Below are positions 1 to 11,828 of a stretch of 20,000 bases of DNA, one piece after another; position 1 is the stretch's first letter, and each line of letters begins with the position of its first letter. A model generated the notes under the pieces. The model had not been told where the DNA came from, did not search any database, and was given only the letters and a program-made list of their open reading frames with translations. Source of the DNA: Lama guanicoe (Eukaryota); contig MU056000.1 of NCBI GenBank assembly GCA_013239625.1, positions 13,892,432 to 13,912,431 on the forward strand. The letters are read 5' to 3'. Both the position numbers and the translations under genes were made by a program.

Positions 1-14
1 TTTTTCCCTGTGTT

Positions 15-830
15 AAGTGTTTTCAACCTCAGCACTATTGATATTCTGGAACAGATAATTCTTTGTTGTGGGGACTCACTTGTGAGCTGCAGGATGCTCA
101 GGACCATCCCTGACATCTATCTACAGATGATAGCAGTATTCCTCCCCAAGTTGTGATCACCAAACACATCTTCAAACATTGCCAGTGGTCCCTTGGTAGG
201 GTTGTTAGAGTAGGCAGATAGCCAGATATGAGCAGAGAAAGGGGGGCACAGGCCAAGTGGCAGAAAATCATACGTCATCTAAACAACGGGGGTCCCTGGG
301 CAGATGGCAAAAAGCTGGAACCTCTGGACTGATAAGAAATCACACATTTGGGGTGTAAGTGTCCTGGCGGCCAACAAAGAAAGGGAAAAAAGCAGGATCT
401 CTAGTGTCTAAATGTAACCTTTTGCTCATTATGCCCTCATTACAAGTAAATTAGCCTTGCAAATTAGAAGTTCCCATCATGCACCGACATCATGACACTT
501 CCCATCCAGACTAAATAAGAACAAAAATCCCTCTTCCCCTTGAGAAGGTTGATCTGGGGTGAAAATCAGGGAATACAACTCTAAACCCTTCCCCCCGAAT
601 GAATATTCCGTCCATTCATTTTTACACCCTATGTAACCAACTTGCCAAAGAAACTCAGCGTAGCCACTCACCTGAGTCTGCCCTCTCTCCCCTTGACCGT
701 GTACTATCCATCCCTCAAAACATCCTCATTTTACTTTCTTAACCTCCGTGTCTGTCTCTGAATTCTTTCTGCGATGAGACAAGAACCTAATTGCCGGCAA
801 CAGAGGGATTTTGCCCTGGGGTGACCACTG
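15..830 (-). mobile_element. MER20 (hAT-Charlie DNA transposon relic), split into about 15-202 and 803-830 by an LTR insertion
   Basis: tcaacctcagcactattgatattctggaacagataattctttgttgtgggg...ccccaagttgtgatcaccaaacacatcttcaaacattgccagtggtcccttgg matches the MER20 consensus as remembered; the terminal ...ccactg appears at 825-830 after the LTR. Confidence 0.85.
203..802 (+). mobile_element. Solo endogenous retroviral LTR (600 bp), ERV1/MER50-like
   Basis: Termini TGTT...AACA form an inverted repeat. The start tgttagagtaggcagatagccagatatgagcag and end gaattctttctgcgatgagacaagaacc resemble MER50-class LTRs. More GC/CpG than the flanks, and it interrupts MER20 cleanly. Confidence 0.8.
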
Positions 831-1049
831 TTTTACGTGGAACGGTGATTTTGTGTATGTTAGGATGTACAGAGCAACACTGAAAGAAGTCTGTCCCTGA
901 CCTCAAGTTTTCCTCCTTTTGCCTACCTTTTTGGAACATCTCTTCCACCCTTCACAGCATTTTAAAATTCCATTATTATTTATTTTGAAATGCACCTCCT
1001 CCTATCATTGTTTTTATTAAAGTTATTCATGCATCTCTGATTTCTCTTC

Positions 1050-1495
1050 TCCCCGCACTGACATTGCTGTCAGGATTAATTTCCAAGATGTGGACTTAGC
1101 ACAAAGCCTCTTTGTGATCTCTCTCCAGCTTCTCTCTCCAACCTCATTATTTGCCATTCCCACACAGGCAAACTGAGCTCCTTGTGTACACAACAAACTT
1201 CAGTTATCTTCTCTATTCTTCACCTGTCTAATCCTTAACCTGGATTTTGAGCCTCAATTCAATCTTTCTCAACTCATTCTCTCTAGAAGATGTTGGGCAC
1301 ACCTGTTCACTACACATTTTATCAGACCTTTATCACCCTTATCAAAGGATGCAAATTTTTTTTGATCTCTTCACTAGACTTCAAGCTGCTCTTTGTATGT
1401 GTATGTGTGTGCCTGTGCTTAATGTCTTTATCACAAAGACTATTGTAATATTTGCATATGATAGGTGCTTTAAATATCACTTTGAAAAATAAATG
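1050..1495 (+). mobile_element. Degenerate L2 LINE 3' fragment
   Basis: Pyrimidine-rich L2-like body ending gcatatgataggtgctttaaatatcactttgaaaaataaatg, similar to the L2 3' terminus; highly diverged. Confidence 0.4.
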
Positions 1496-2399
1496 TATTT
1501 CCCACCTCTTTTAATTAAAAAATACAGAATTCATCATTAATACCAAGTTTTAGCCTTCAAAAGAAAGTCTTACCAATGTTTATCAAACATTTTCACAACA
1601 AACTCACAGCATGAAGTATTTTTACTCTCAAAGGTGTTGGCTCCTTTTGGTAAATGGCTGCATTTGTAAATAACCTTTATAATGCTAGCTTTCAATACAA
1701 TTAGACAAATTTTACTTACTAAATGTCAAAAATGATATTAAAATATGGCATTCTATGGAATAATAAAGCACCGTGGACTTTCTTCTGGTTGGATAAATAA
1801 GCATATCAACTCCCGCCTGCATCCCTTAATTAAAGATCAGTTTCCATCACTGGGTTTATGCATGTTATTTTGTACACTTTGCCTGTCCTGCCTCTTAGAA
1901 GCCACATGCAGCTCCTGCTCTCAGTGTGACAGAGGTGTTATCAACTGACAGGGTACTCCCTCTGCTGCATTCACGGATGAAACAGAATTGTTTAATACAC
2001 ACATTTGTGCACAGAAAGTGGTTTCTCTCCATGCATGAGTGCTGCGGCCATTTTTTTAAAAACTTAAAAACAATCATGCTCACATAAAAGAAAATTGAAC
2101 ATTTCACAAATACTACATAGATACCTAGGAGCATATTTATCATATTAACTTTTGTCAAAATGGATGAGAACTAAAGAGAGTGAGAATAAGAACTTGATGG
2201 GGAAAAGCAGGCAGATTTGTTAAGGACTTCAGACTTTCTAGGGCCTTAGGATTACCCAAGGGTATAAACACAAGGCAACTAAAGAGTTTTAAACATTACA
2301 TAGTTCTTTCATTTTGTCATAACTGAGACAAAAAAATAAAATAAAACTCCCTTCTCATTACGCAAGGAAAGGTTTAATTACATCTGCGCATACGACAGT

Positions 2400-2615
2400 A
2401 ATAAAATATTAGTGATCACTTACTGACTATGTGAAGCACTTTCTGCCAATCTAATTTAATTCTCCCAACATATTTATGCAGCATTATTATCCCCTGTTCA
2501 TATATTCAATCCTGAGATTCAGCAAGGTTGAATGACTGTGTAAGACCCCACAACTAGTAAACCAAGCCACTGGAAATCTCACATCAGTCTTCCTGCCTTC
2601 AGAGGTGATTCTCTA
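2400..2615 (-). mobile_element. MIR SINE
   Basis: tttaattctcccaaca...attattatcccctgtt...ctgagattcagcaaggttgaatgact...aagaccccacaactagtaa resembles the reverse-complement MIR core. Confidence 0.6.
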
Positions 2616-2684
2616 AGAAACACTCCACACTACCTTGGACAAGTCTGCATTTATAGAGTCACTGCTGGATGCAGACCACTCAGC

Positions 2685-2825
2685 TTAGCACTTTAAGCTC
2701 ATCACTGAGTCAGTCTCACAATGAATAACTCTGAGGGACCGATACTAGTGTTCTTCCTTCACAAATAAGGGTGATTTCCTAAAGGTTTGCAGCTACTGTG
2801 ACCAGACAAGGATTCAGAGCCGAAT
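2685..2825 (-). mobile_element. Second degenerate MIR fragment
   Basis: agcactttaag...tctcacaat...actctgagg...ttcacaaataaggg...cctaaaggtttgcagcta...aggattcagagcc follows the reverse-complement MIR layout with deletions. Confidence 0.4.
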
Positions 2826-3195
2826 GTTATTCCCAAACCTTCATTTTAAAAACTGTATTTATACCCCTAATCATTAAGGTACCAAAGATTCTCTAGTCTG
2901 TGATTAAATATTTCTATAAAAAATTTTCCAGTCAATTACACTCCCATCTATTAAGTCGAATGGAAAAAAAAAATCTGTGTGGTCAACAATATACTCATGG
3001 AGATAGATAGCTACAGGTATTCTAAATTTGACAGAAACCCATCTGTTATTCACTCAGGTAAAGAATCAGTTAATATGATAATTGGATTATAGTCATAGGA
3101 AATAACATGGAAATTAAATATTATTTTATTCATTTTGAATTGCTGTGAGAAGCAATAAAATTGTTACAGGTCTAAAAGGTGAAAATATAACATAC

Positions 3196-3449
3196 CTCAC
3201 TAAGCTATTAGCACTGTCAGGATCTTGTGCCAAAACTGTGCCAACGACAGTCCCGATCTTGGCATTTTCATAGACTTCCATGACGTAGGAGGGCATGGAA
3301 AACAGTGGTGGCTCGTCTACATCCCCAACAATGATCTTCAGCATGGTAGCATCTTTAAAAGGACCCAAGTGAGAAAAGCGAAAATCAAGATGTGTATTTG
3401 CTCCTTCTATGTTGAGGGTATATGATTTCTTTTTCTCATAGTTCAGCGG
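3196..3449 (-). CDS. CDH18: Cadherin-18 internal coding exon (254 bp), end of EC3 and start of EC4
   Basis: Translates to PLNYEKKKSYTLNIEGANTHLDFRFSHLGPFKDATMLKIIVGDVDEPPLFSMPSYVMEVYENAKIGTVVGTVLAQDPDSANSLV(R), with LxYE, DVDEPP and DPD motifs. Acceptor tttttttccccacag|CCG (AG at 3451-3450), donor GTGAG|gtatgt (GT at 3195-3194). Joins the 188-bp exon in frame (LKK|PLNYE). Confidence 0.96.
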
Positions 3450-3919
3450 CTGTGGGGAAAAAAATAAGATTTCCAATATTATGACTATTATCAGTTTTCA
3501 AACAAACATTTTCTTTTCCTTTTTTGAAACAAACAAACATGGATGGGTTTAGGTCAATCTGTTTCCATTTATAAACAAACTATGAAGTTTGTCTTGACAA
3601 TAACATTTAAAGCAGAAATCATGAAAATTCAAGTCTGAATCAATTGTGATTTTTCAGAGCTATAAACAGGATGATAACTGGATACAAATGGATATTTCCC
3701 ACAGGCAAGTAAATACTGCTTTTTGGAGACTCAATCCTAGTCTCTTCTAGTAACTTCTTTCTATCTCCTTCTCAACTTAAATTATTACTTTTTTAAAAAA
3801 AATATTTGCTACTAATTTGGTAAATTAAAAAAATACATTTTTTTACATTGAAACAATATATCGCATATCATTACTTTTTATGTATTATCATCTTATTTTT
3901 ACCTTATTGATTTTGAACT

Positions 3920-4270
3920 TGATATCTTATTTTGAAATCTGATAAATTTTTAAGTTTTCATTTCAGCAATATTTTCTAGAATTTTTAGTAAAAGATTTTA
4001 TACAGACTTTAGAATTTTTTTCTGTGGTTTTAATTGTATTCACTCTCTTTTTTTGCTGGTAATACCATTTCATGTATTTGTTTTTTTGTTCATTTCCTTT
4101 ATTAGGATGCTTCGATCAATTTTATTTTTTTCTAGTGTTCCGTTTGTATGCCATTTACTTTTTAGCTTTGAGTCTTTATTAACGGCTTCTCATAAACTTT
4201 TTAATTTTCTTTCTCATTTTAAAAAATCATCTAGTCAACTTTTTTTTTTTCTGTTAATAATATGTCAGGA
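3920..4270 (-). mobile_element. Possible ancient L1 (L1ME/HAL1-like) fragment
   Basis: Very T-rich tract with ttttcatttcagcaatattttctagaattt, typical of old antisense L1 5'/ORF1 relics; weak similarity. Confidence 0.3.
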
Positions 4271-4279
4271 GTCGTGACT

Positions 4280-4560
4280 TTGGCTTAGTATACAATAATG
4301 AATGAAAATGAGGTCCAGTTGGTGTTTTGTCTCAGGGAATACATATATAGGATATAAAAGAGTAAACAGACATTTATAGCCCTGTGTATCTAGTGCTATA
4401 AGGCAGTGTAGGTATTATGAAAATAACAGGGATATAAACTCAGACACAGGAGCATATGAGCAGGTAGGCAGTACTTGTAAGAGGAAGAACCTTTTTTGGA
4501 TCAGAACTCAAGGTTACAAAAGTGTAAAACGTGAGGCACATAACAGGTTCTGTGACCCTA
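4280..4560 (-). mobile_element. Degenerate L2 fragment
   Basis: atacaataatgaatgaaa...tgtctcagggaatacatatatagg...gtaaacagacatttatagccctgtgt...agtgctataagg resembles the reverse complement of the L2 3' region. Confidence 0.5.
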
Positions 4561-5189
4561 AATGAGCTTAGATTTAGAACCAACCATGTCAGAAGTCTCC
4601 ATGGTGATGTTACGGCAGGTGATACAGAGATCAGCCTTTTATTTTGAGCCTAGGGAAACACCTATAGATAAACGCTTATGAGAAGAAATAATAGATTTCT
4701 TTTCCACCCCTATTTCTGTCACTGATTCTGCACTGGCCTGCTTCAGTCTTGCAGCCTTCTTTCTTGGCATAATCAGAGAATGATCATTCCCTATGGAGGA
4801 ACTCATACATTTTCCTTTACCTTAGGGGCCAACGAGAAGCTGATTAGAAAGAGTATTCTTAATGGGATTTTATAAACAGTAGATCAGTCCTACTGATGAT
4901 TATTTCCCTATCTCTTCTGAATTGCTTTGGAAAATTGAACTTCCCAGAGATTGAACACAAGGAAAAACAACCATTTAATTTCCAAACCAGATAATAAGAA
5001 TCTGGAACCAATAATATGTCTCAGGCGTCTGGATAAGACTAGGTCACTACAATAGTCTACAAGTGTTTGTAAGACAAAATAAGAATTCTGAGAATACTAA
5101 AAACTCAAATTCTTAAATATGAACCATCTATATAAAATATACAAATTTATATATGATAAAATATTATGTATTTTAGATGTATATATTTT

Positions 5190-5731
5190 AAAGAGGGGCT
5201 AACTGACCTGCAGCTTATGGCCTATCAGTTGGGAGTCATTTCCTTCCCAGGAAGTTTAAACTAGAAATGAATTTTAAAAGTAACTAGCACCCATCTTGTT
5301 TAGGGAATTGCATGACTTTTAGTTAGACCCATAGATTTATTACACTTTTTCTTTCCTTGATTCCTCTCTCCTTAACATAATATTCTGTCTTAGACTAATT
5401 CAATAAGTCTCCAAATTTAAATCACCTGACTTAGAAATGGTACAGACTTGCTGCCTATCAAGAATAAGGTGCACGGCTATGGTCCCCCTGGCACAGAGGA
5501 GATGGACTATCAGAATCCTGGCATTTTGCTCATAGAAAGCATCACCCTTGGGAGGTTTACTGCTTGTTTAAGGTCAATTTAATTCCTTAGACTCAACCTG
5601 CTGCATCTGGTCGACTATATAATGACTAAGGTTCATTAAGAGTCTTTCTGACTTTCAATAAAATTTGTGGAGATAATTTTTGCCACCTCTACCTCATCAG
5701 ATATTATTATCAAGATGTGCATCCAATATGA
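5190..5731 (+). mobile_element. Putative old LTR fragment (family not assigned)
   Basis: LTR-like order of signals: TATATAA (about 5616-5622), AATAAA about 40 nt later (about 5657-5662), then a U5-like stretch ending ...tatgaCA at 5731. The 5' boundary is uncertain. Confidence 0.35.
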
Positions 5732-6590
5732 CAGTCTTCTCTTTTTCCGTTCTTTAGCAGGTCCCCTGGCAAGTTAGATAACATTTATCTTAACACTAAC
5801 CTACCTCCTGATGAGGTATAAACTGTTTATGTGAATAAATGGTTCCGTGCTAATGATTATCTCATATATACTCAACTACCCCAAGACACAAATAATCATT
5901 TTGAAGGACTTTGTGAGGCCTGGCTGATGGATGGATAAGGACCCATCTAGAGTCATCAAACAATGAGAAGAGTATTTAAGTTTGGGACAGGAATTTAGAA
6001 GCAGATGAATTAATGTAAATGGAAACATTTTAACAACCACATTTATGAAGAAAACATGGCAGTGCTAAACTGTAAGTATAGAAAAACTGGGAGGAAATTA
6101 CACTATTTATTCTTGGAGGTTGCAGGATTACATATACAATATAAAGTATGTCAATCCCTTGTTTTGTAGTAGAACTACAATAGTACATAGAAATTGGATT
6201 AGGAGTATAATTATATTTTTCCTATTAATATAAATCCTGGTAAAGCTGTCCAAATACTGATCATTCATACACTGTGGATAGATATTCCAGTAATTTCCTA
6301 GTAATCTCTTGTTCCTGGGAAACTAGTTAGAACTCTGTCTATGGGTTTCATTTTCCATAGTTACCAGCAGATTTTTTATTACCTAAAAACAGCCAATGAA
6401 AAACAGTATGTCAAAAACAGTGAAATTTATTCATTTAATACCTGGTTTTTATGAAAAGATAGTGGAGGGAAAAAACATTAAAAGAGAAAAAAAGAAAATT
6501 TACTCAGGCTATTAACATACTACAGAAAGCAAAAACATGAAATGTCTAGCTGAGAGTTTATGAAACACAAAACATACCCTTTCCCACTTT

Positions 6591-6610
6591 CAAAACAAAA
6601 CAAAACAAAA
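6591..6610 (+). repeat. (CAAAA)4 microsatellite
   Basis: caaaacaaaacaaaacaaaa read directly. Confidence 0.9.
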
Positions 6611-7289
6611 ATGGATACAAAATAAGTCCATAAATGTGAGGCATGGTGGGAACTTGCTAAGGGCGATTATACAGCCAGAGACTGTTTATGAGAATAAGAA
6701 AGACTTTTCCTGCTATACTATCTTAAAACTTCAACTGTCCATGCTTATAGCTCTTTTTGGCTGGATTCGGACAGTAATCATTTGAATGGAACAGATGATT
6801 AAAATATTCAAGCTGAAAAAAAATTGGGAAAAGAGTTCTTCCTTTTTGCTACTTGAAAACGCTTGGAAAGAATAAGATCCTGTCTTTCACAATGTTCACC
6901 GTTATTTTTGCCTCACTAAGATGTTTGGTGTGGGATGGGGTTTTATAATTTGAATCTAATTTATCCCATTTAACAAAATTTCAGAACTATGCCAAGTTTC
7001 TTTTTTCTTTTTTAATGTTTTTGAAAACTCCAAGTCTGGATTATCAGTTCAGTATCTAATATGAAAAGCAGGTGACCCTAAAGCAATGGTGTTCTACTGG
7101 AGATTACTAATATAATATTAACATTTAGGGAGGAATATTCCAGAAACACTATCTGATTCATTTTTCATTTTCATAGAATGTGCCCTGGCTTTAATTCTCT
7201 GGACAAGTCTCAATTGTGACCCAAATTCTGAGAGTTACAAACAAAAACTGTTGTATCATTGATGCTCATTGTTAACCAATGCTATGATT

Positions 7290-7432
7290 ATTGACATCAA
7301 ATTTAGTAAATTAAAATTGTTTTTAATAGCATATGTGTCAATTATAACATGAGATATACTTATACTAGGAATCTATCATTTATCTGAAATGAAAAATTAA
7401 CTAGTTGTCCTGTATTTTACCTAGCAGTGCTA
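7290..7432. mobile_element. MER53-like hAT MITE with part of one arm deleted
   Basis: gatatacttatactag...tttatctgaaatgaaaaattaactagttgtcctgtattttacctagcagtgcta matches the remembered MER53 arm (ACATACTTATACTAAA...TTTATCTGAAATTCAAATTTAACTGGGCGTCCTGTATTTTATCTGGCAACCCTA). Confidence 0.75.
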
Positions 7433-7778
7433 ACTAGCATACAATCATGACAATCATTGTTGGTAATCAAATACACGAACAATATATAATCAACAGCAAT
7501 ATAACAGAGATATTTATTAGCAACTTCCAACTTCAAAAAAAAAAGGTTAGCTTTAATCATTTGAAATTCCTGTTATCAACAATGTATGACATACACTAAA
7601 GGTAATTTCATGATTCAGCTTAAGATATTTGTTGTTCTGACATTGAACCATCTAAGCATTTCTGGAATAATTCAACTTGCTATGTGTTTTGTTTTACTGA
7701 GATGGTGCTTGGAATGGTTCCACAGGTATTCATAAATGAGATTTGTGTTGGTTTATTAGGTTTTTGTGTTAATGCCAT

Positions 7779-7960
7779 TGCATTAGTTTCTAGGGGCTGT
7801 CATAACAAATTACCAAACACTGGGTGACTTGAAACAACAGAAATGTATTCTCTTGCACTTCTGGTGACAAGTCTGAAATTTGGCAGAGCTGAGGGCCTAT
7901 GGGGAATGTAATCTATTCCTCACCTCTTCCAACTTCCGCGGGTGCCCTGGCATGCCTGGG
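7779..7960 (-). mobile_element. MLT1 (ERVL-MaLR) LTR fragment
   Basis: tgcattagtttctaggggctgtcataacaaattaccaaacactgggtgacttgaaacaacagaaatgtattctcttgcacttctgg is the characteristic reverse-complement MLT1 3' end. Confidence 0.85.
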
Positions 7961-8299
7961 GAAGAAGCTACCCCAGCACTGTTGGGAATCCAGTTTGCAT
8001 TCTCATTCAACCACCTGTGGGATAAAACTCTAGGCTTGGTGTTCAGAAATGCTTTGCAGCTGTGGGCCATAAATATGCCTTTCAGGGGAAACAGAAAATT
8101 TCAGGTAACTCATGTCACAACTATTTTGGTTAGATTGTGTATTCTCCAATGAAATAGTCCCTCATTTTAATGTTCCAAATTATTTGCCTATGATCTCCAT
8201 ACTTGAAGGTCAACGCAGTTGGATATAAAGGATTTGACTCATATTTACTTTCCTTAGTCTATGGTACGTATTGCTCCATGCGTGCTTAAAAGCAATCGC

Positions 8300-8548
8300 C
8301 CATGCAAAGTTTCCCCTGACCCTCCTCCATCTTTGAAAAATTGGCCCTCTTTTATCTGTGAACTCGTAACAATTTAAGTAAACCTATACCATTAGCATTT
8401 GACATCTTGTATTATAACAATGTATCATGTCTATTCAGTTTTCCCTAAGAGCAAGGATATTATCTAATTCATCTTCATATTTCAGGTACTTGGCATAATT
8501 CCTGGTACATAGTGAGTGATTAATAATCCTTCTTCAATCTCAAATAAA
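8300..8548 (+). mobile_element. L2 LINE 3' end
   Basis: ccctaagagcaaggatattatctaattcatcttcatatttcaggtacttggcataattcctggtacatagtgagtgattaataa matches the L2 3' terminus. Confidence 0.7.
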
Positions 8549-8624
8549 GCTGTGCTTAGAGAACAGAAAAGTGCTATTACATGGTTTACATTTGAAGGAG
8601 GGAAAGTGCTATGTTATTTCTAAA

Positions 8625-8856
8625 ATATGAAATGAACACCTATGTGTGAACTAAGCAATGAACATTTATCAACTCATTTGATAATCACAACTCCTGTGAC
8701 TTGTAACTGTTCCCATTTACAAATGAAGAAACTAAGGAACAGAAAAGTTAAGAAGCTTATTCAGGGGCAACAGCTTGTAAGTGATATACTTGGGATTTGA
8801 ACTCAGGCAGTAGGCCTCCGGAAGCTGTGCCCTGAGGCACTATGACATTCTGCCTG
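8625..8856 (-). mobile_element. MIR SINE, near full length
   Basis: cccatttacaaatgaagaaactaaggaacagaaaagttaagaagcttattcaggggcaacagcttgtaagtg...gggatttgaactcaggcagt...cactatgacattctgcct is the reverse-complement MIR core plus tRNA-derived head. Confidence 0.88.
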
Positions 8857-11704
8857 AAATCTAATCAGCATATAAATAATGTAATATAGCATTCCAATGT
8901 GACAACTCATAGTGAACAGATTTTTAGTGGAATGAAATGTCCTCACTATTACAGGGTATATTCATGCATCTTTCCATTTATAAAGACATTAAAAATGAAC
9001 TATCAACTTCATGAATTATAACTTCATTAATTCTGGCTACCAAAACTCTTATAATTTCCTTAACTCACAGATTCACAAAGCTAAGAAACTAAGATGTTTT
9101 TCATGCAAAGTCCTCTACAGCCTCTGTCTCTGTTACAAGTTCTTATTCTGGTGTCAGTTTAACCACCCCAGGTAAGCTTCTCTTACTTGTGTTTGGTCAC
9201 TGCTCAAGGTCCTCATGAAGCTCACTGACAGTGAGCTGACTCCAGTCTTCATCTCAAGTTTCAGTTTCTTAATTTTATCCCATTACTCTTAGTAATTACT
9301 TTTACATATCATTGCTCTTCCTAACTTAGAAAACCATACTTTTCTCTCTTTAATATTAACACATTTCTTATTATTGTAGATAAGTTATCATCTTTCCCAT
9401 CAATCATTTTCTAGCCAGCTCTACATATTTGGAATTTTTTAATTGTTTCTCATTAATCACTTGTACTACTCATTAAATCATACTAATATATTCCTTTGCT
9501 GGAACCAGATAACTGTCAGAAATAGATGGATACTGAAAACAGTATTTAGTCAGATTGCTCTAGGATTCAATTCTTCTTGGAGTTCAAGAAGGTCATAAAA
9601 TTTTATCTTCCTAAATAACAAGAAGAGACTCCACAGGACCTCTCCTTGATCCATTTTCTATTTTGTATCATTGTCCACATTGTTAGCTGTGGGAATGGGA
9701 AAATAATGGGACTGGTTGCAACATTATTTAATAGATGAAAAAAAAAGTCACTTCGATTATGCAAAAAATGGCCAAATCCTGAAATAGTGACTGACATTAT
9801 TAATTTTTGTTTTCTGAGAAAAATTTCTATTTTAAATAATATCTTGCCCAACATAAGAACAATTGCTTGCATCTGAATACTGTTTCTTCAGCTAGGTTTT
9901 CTTATGCTATGATTTGTGGTCCTTGTCAGAAGCGTTTTCTGCATGGTAGACGTTCTGTGAAGACTAGAACACACGTATGTACCTTATATTATAAATTCAC
10001 TATATAGAAGAATGTATGACCCATTTAATGTGCATAATTCCGAGGTTATCAATACAAATAAATATTACATATTTGCTTCCTGTCAATGGAAGACTGGGAA
10101 AACACATGGAAATGTTTTATTTTAAATAACAAATGTACATATATAATATATAAAGTATATTTATTTATTCCTTATTATTCTATTTATATACACTCATATA
10201 CTAGCACATATATGTGCATTACATGTGTGGGTATTTCAATATGCCCACACTTATGAAAACTTATCTATAACTTATGGATGTGGATAGCTTAACTCAGTAG
10301 GTTGTTTCAACAGATCATTCATTTCCAATTATATTACACTGTAGGAATATGTGTTAAAAACTGTTAATGAATGCTCAAAGTAGTTTCAACAGATCTGTCA
10401 CTCCATGGCCATACCTACAGATGAAGAGTAAGAGTAAAAGTTTCCCCAAAGCAGTTCTCCATCAGAGGTGTTCTAAATACAGTGATAGACTTCACTGAAT
10501 TGAAAGTTGGACTTTCTCCTCTTCAGCTTCTGGCTGGGCAGGAGAACCACTTTCCAGATACTAGGATCTTACAAGAATAAAAACAGTAACCTGGTGGAGG
10601 TTTTTAATAATAAAATCCCTAATGAATGTTTAGTTTTTGTAAATAACTCATTAGAATTAGAAATCTATTTCTTTTTATGTACAAAGTGTGCTCGTGTGCT
10701 TGCTTGTGTGTGCTTTTGCAATTGGCTGGAATGCCTTATTTTTTATTGCACTTTGTGGTTCACAGCCCCAAAACTTTACAATATAATGGCAAAGAACATC
10801 CTGATTCTTGGTCGCTCAGTGCATGTCATGCCAAAGAAATGATAAGAAAAATTCAATAAATGTAATCTACTAAAAATTTTAAAATGTGGTTATTTAGAAT
10901 AGACCTAGTATGGTTATAATGAAAAACATTTTCATAGTTTTTCTCTTAGGATTAATTTAAACTTAAAAAAATACTTTTTATAATTTTTTATGTTTATTTT
11001 CATGACCCATCTCTAATCCTGTGTTAAATAAGATGGTATAACGATCTTTAACACACTGTATGGTATAAAATTAAAAAAAAAAATACAAAGTACCCAGTTG
11101 CAAAATGTTTAACAACTACTGTGGACAGGAATAGACTTGTAGCACACGTAGATAGACATTCAGGGATATTGTCATTACATTCATATGAATTAATTAGAAA
11201 AGTTCTTTCTACTCTATCAGATTTAGCAGATTTAAGAGGCATATGGAATTGCTATGTTTTGCACAGTAAGAAATTAGTAAAATGCCTTCCTTGATATGTA
11301 AAAAGAAAAGATAATTCAAAGAAGGATATGTGTGACTGAAACATAACTAGAGATGTTATACTACAAAGACAACATTGAACTTTGAAAAAAATCTCCTCTT
11401 ACAGAAGATGGATGGGGAAGTAGCTCACCAAGACACGTGAATGACAGCATACACATGTGACATAATCTACACAGGATATGTCAATTTTTGTGTGCTTACA
11501 GGTGGATAGGATAACATGAAATAAAAGAGGTAGTAAAATAACCACATGGAGTGGTCTGGAAAGTGCAATTAAAATTTGGTGCAAAAAGAGGAAGAAAGGA
11601 ACACAAGAAGAAAAGCAGACTTTGAGATCTTATTGCAATTGTTAGCCAGCCACAGCCTGTTTCCACCTTATTTTATCTATTTGTAATTATCACTTTGGAA
11701 CATG

Positions 11705-11828
11705 CTAAAATAAGAAAAGTGAAGATTAACAGACTTGAGATAATGTCATCTATCTCTTAAAGGGCAAGACCAAAATGTATATTTCATCTGACAGTAAAGA
11801 TCAGATTTTCCACCATCCTTCACTGCCT
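11705..11828 (-). mobile_element. MIR fragment
   Basis: aaaataagaaaagtgaagattaa...gacttg...atctgacagtaaagatcagattttccaccatccttcactgcct resembles a degenerate reverse-complement MIR. Confidence 0.4.

Noticed and set aside
3225..3425. 66-aa + strand ORF
   Set aside because: Antisense shadow of the CDH18 exon, with no ATG start and no recognisable protein features.
3432..3446. LNYE instead of the usual LDYE/LDFE cadherin motif
   Set aside because: As I recall, human CDH18 also has LNYE here, so it is a paralogue trait rather than a lineage-specific loss of a Ca2+ ligand.
3126..3476. 116-aa ORF as a stand-alone gene
   Set aside because: It is the 254-bp CDH18 exon plus intronic flanks; the N-terminal MEILFFSPQ is the translated polypyrimidine tract and acceptor.
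10304..10395. 13-bp direct repeat gtttcaacagatc at 10304-10316 and 10383-10395
   Set aside because: Only two copies, and the intervening sequence has no poly(A) tail or terminal repeats; best seen as chance or an old local duplication, not an array or TSD.
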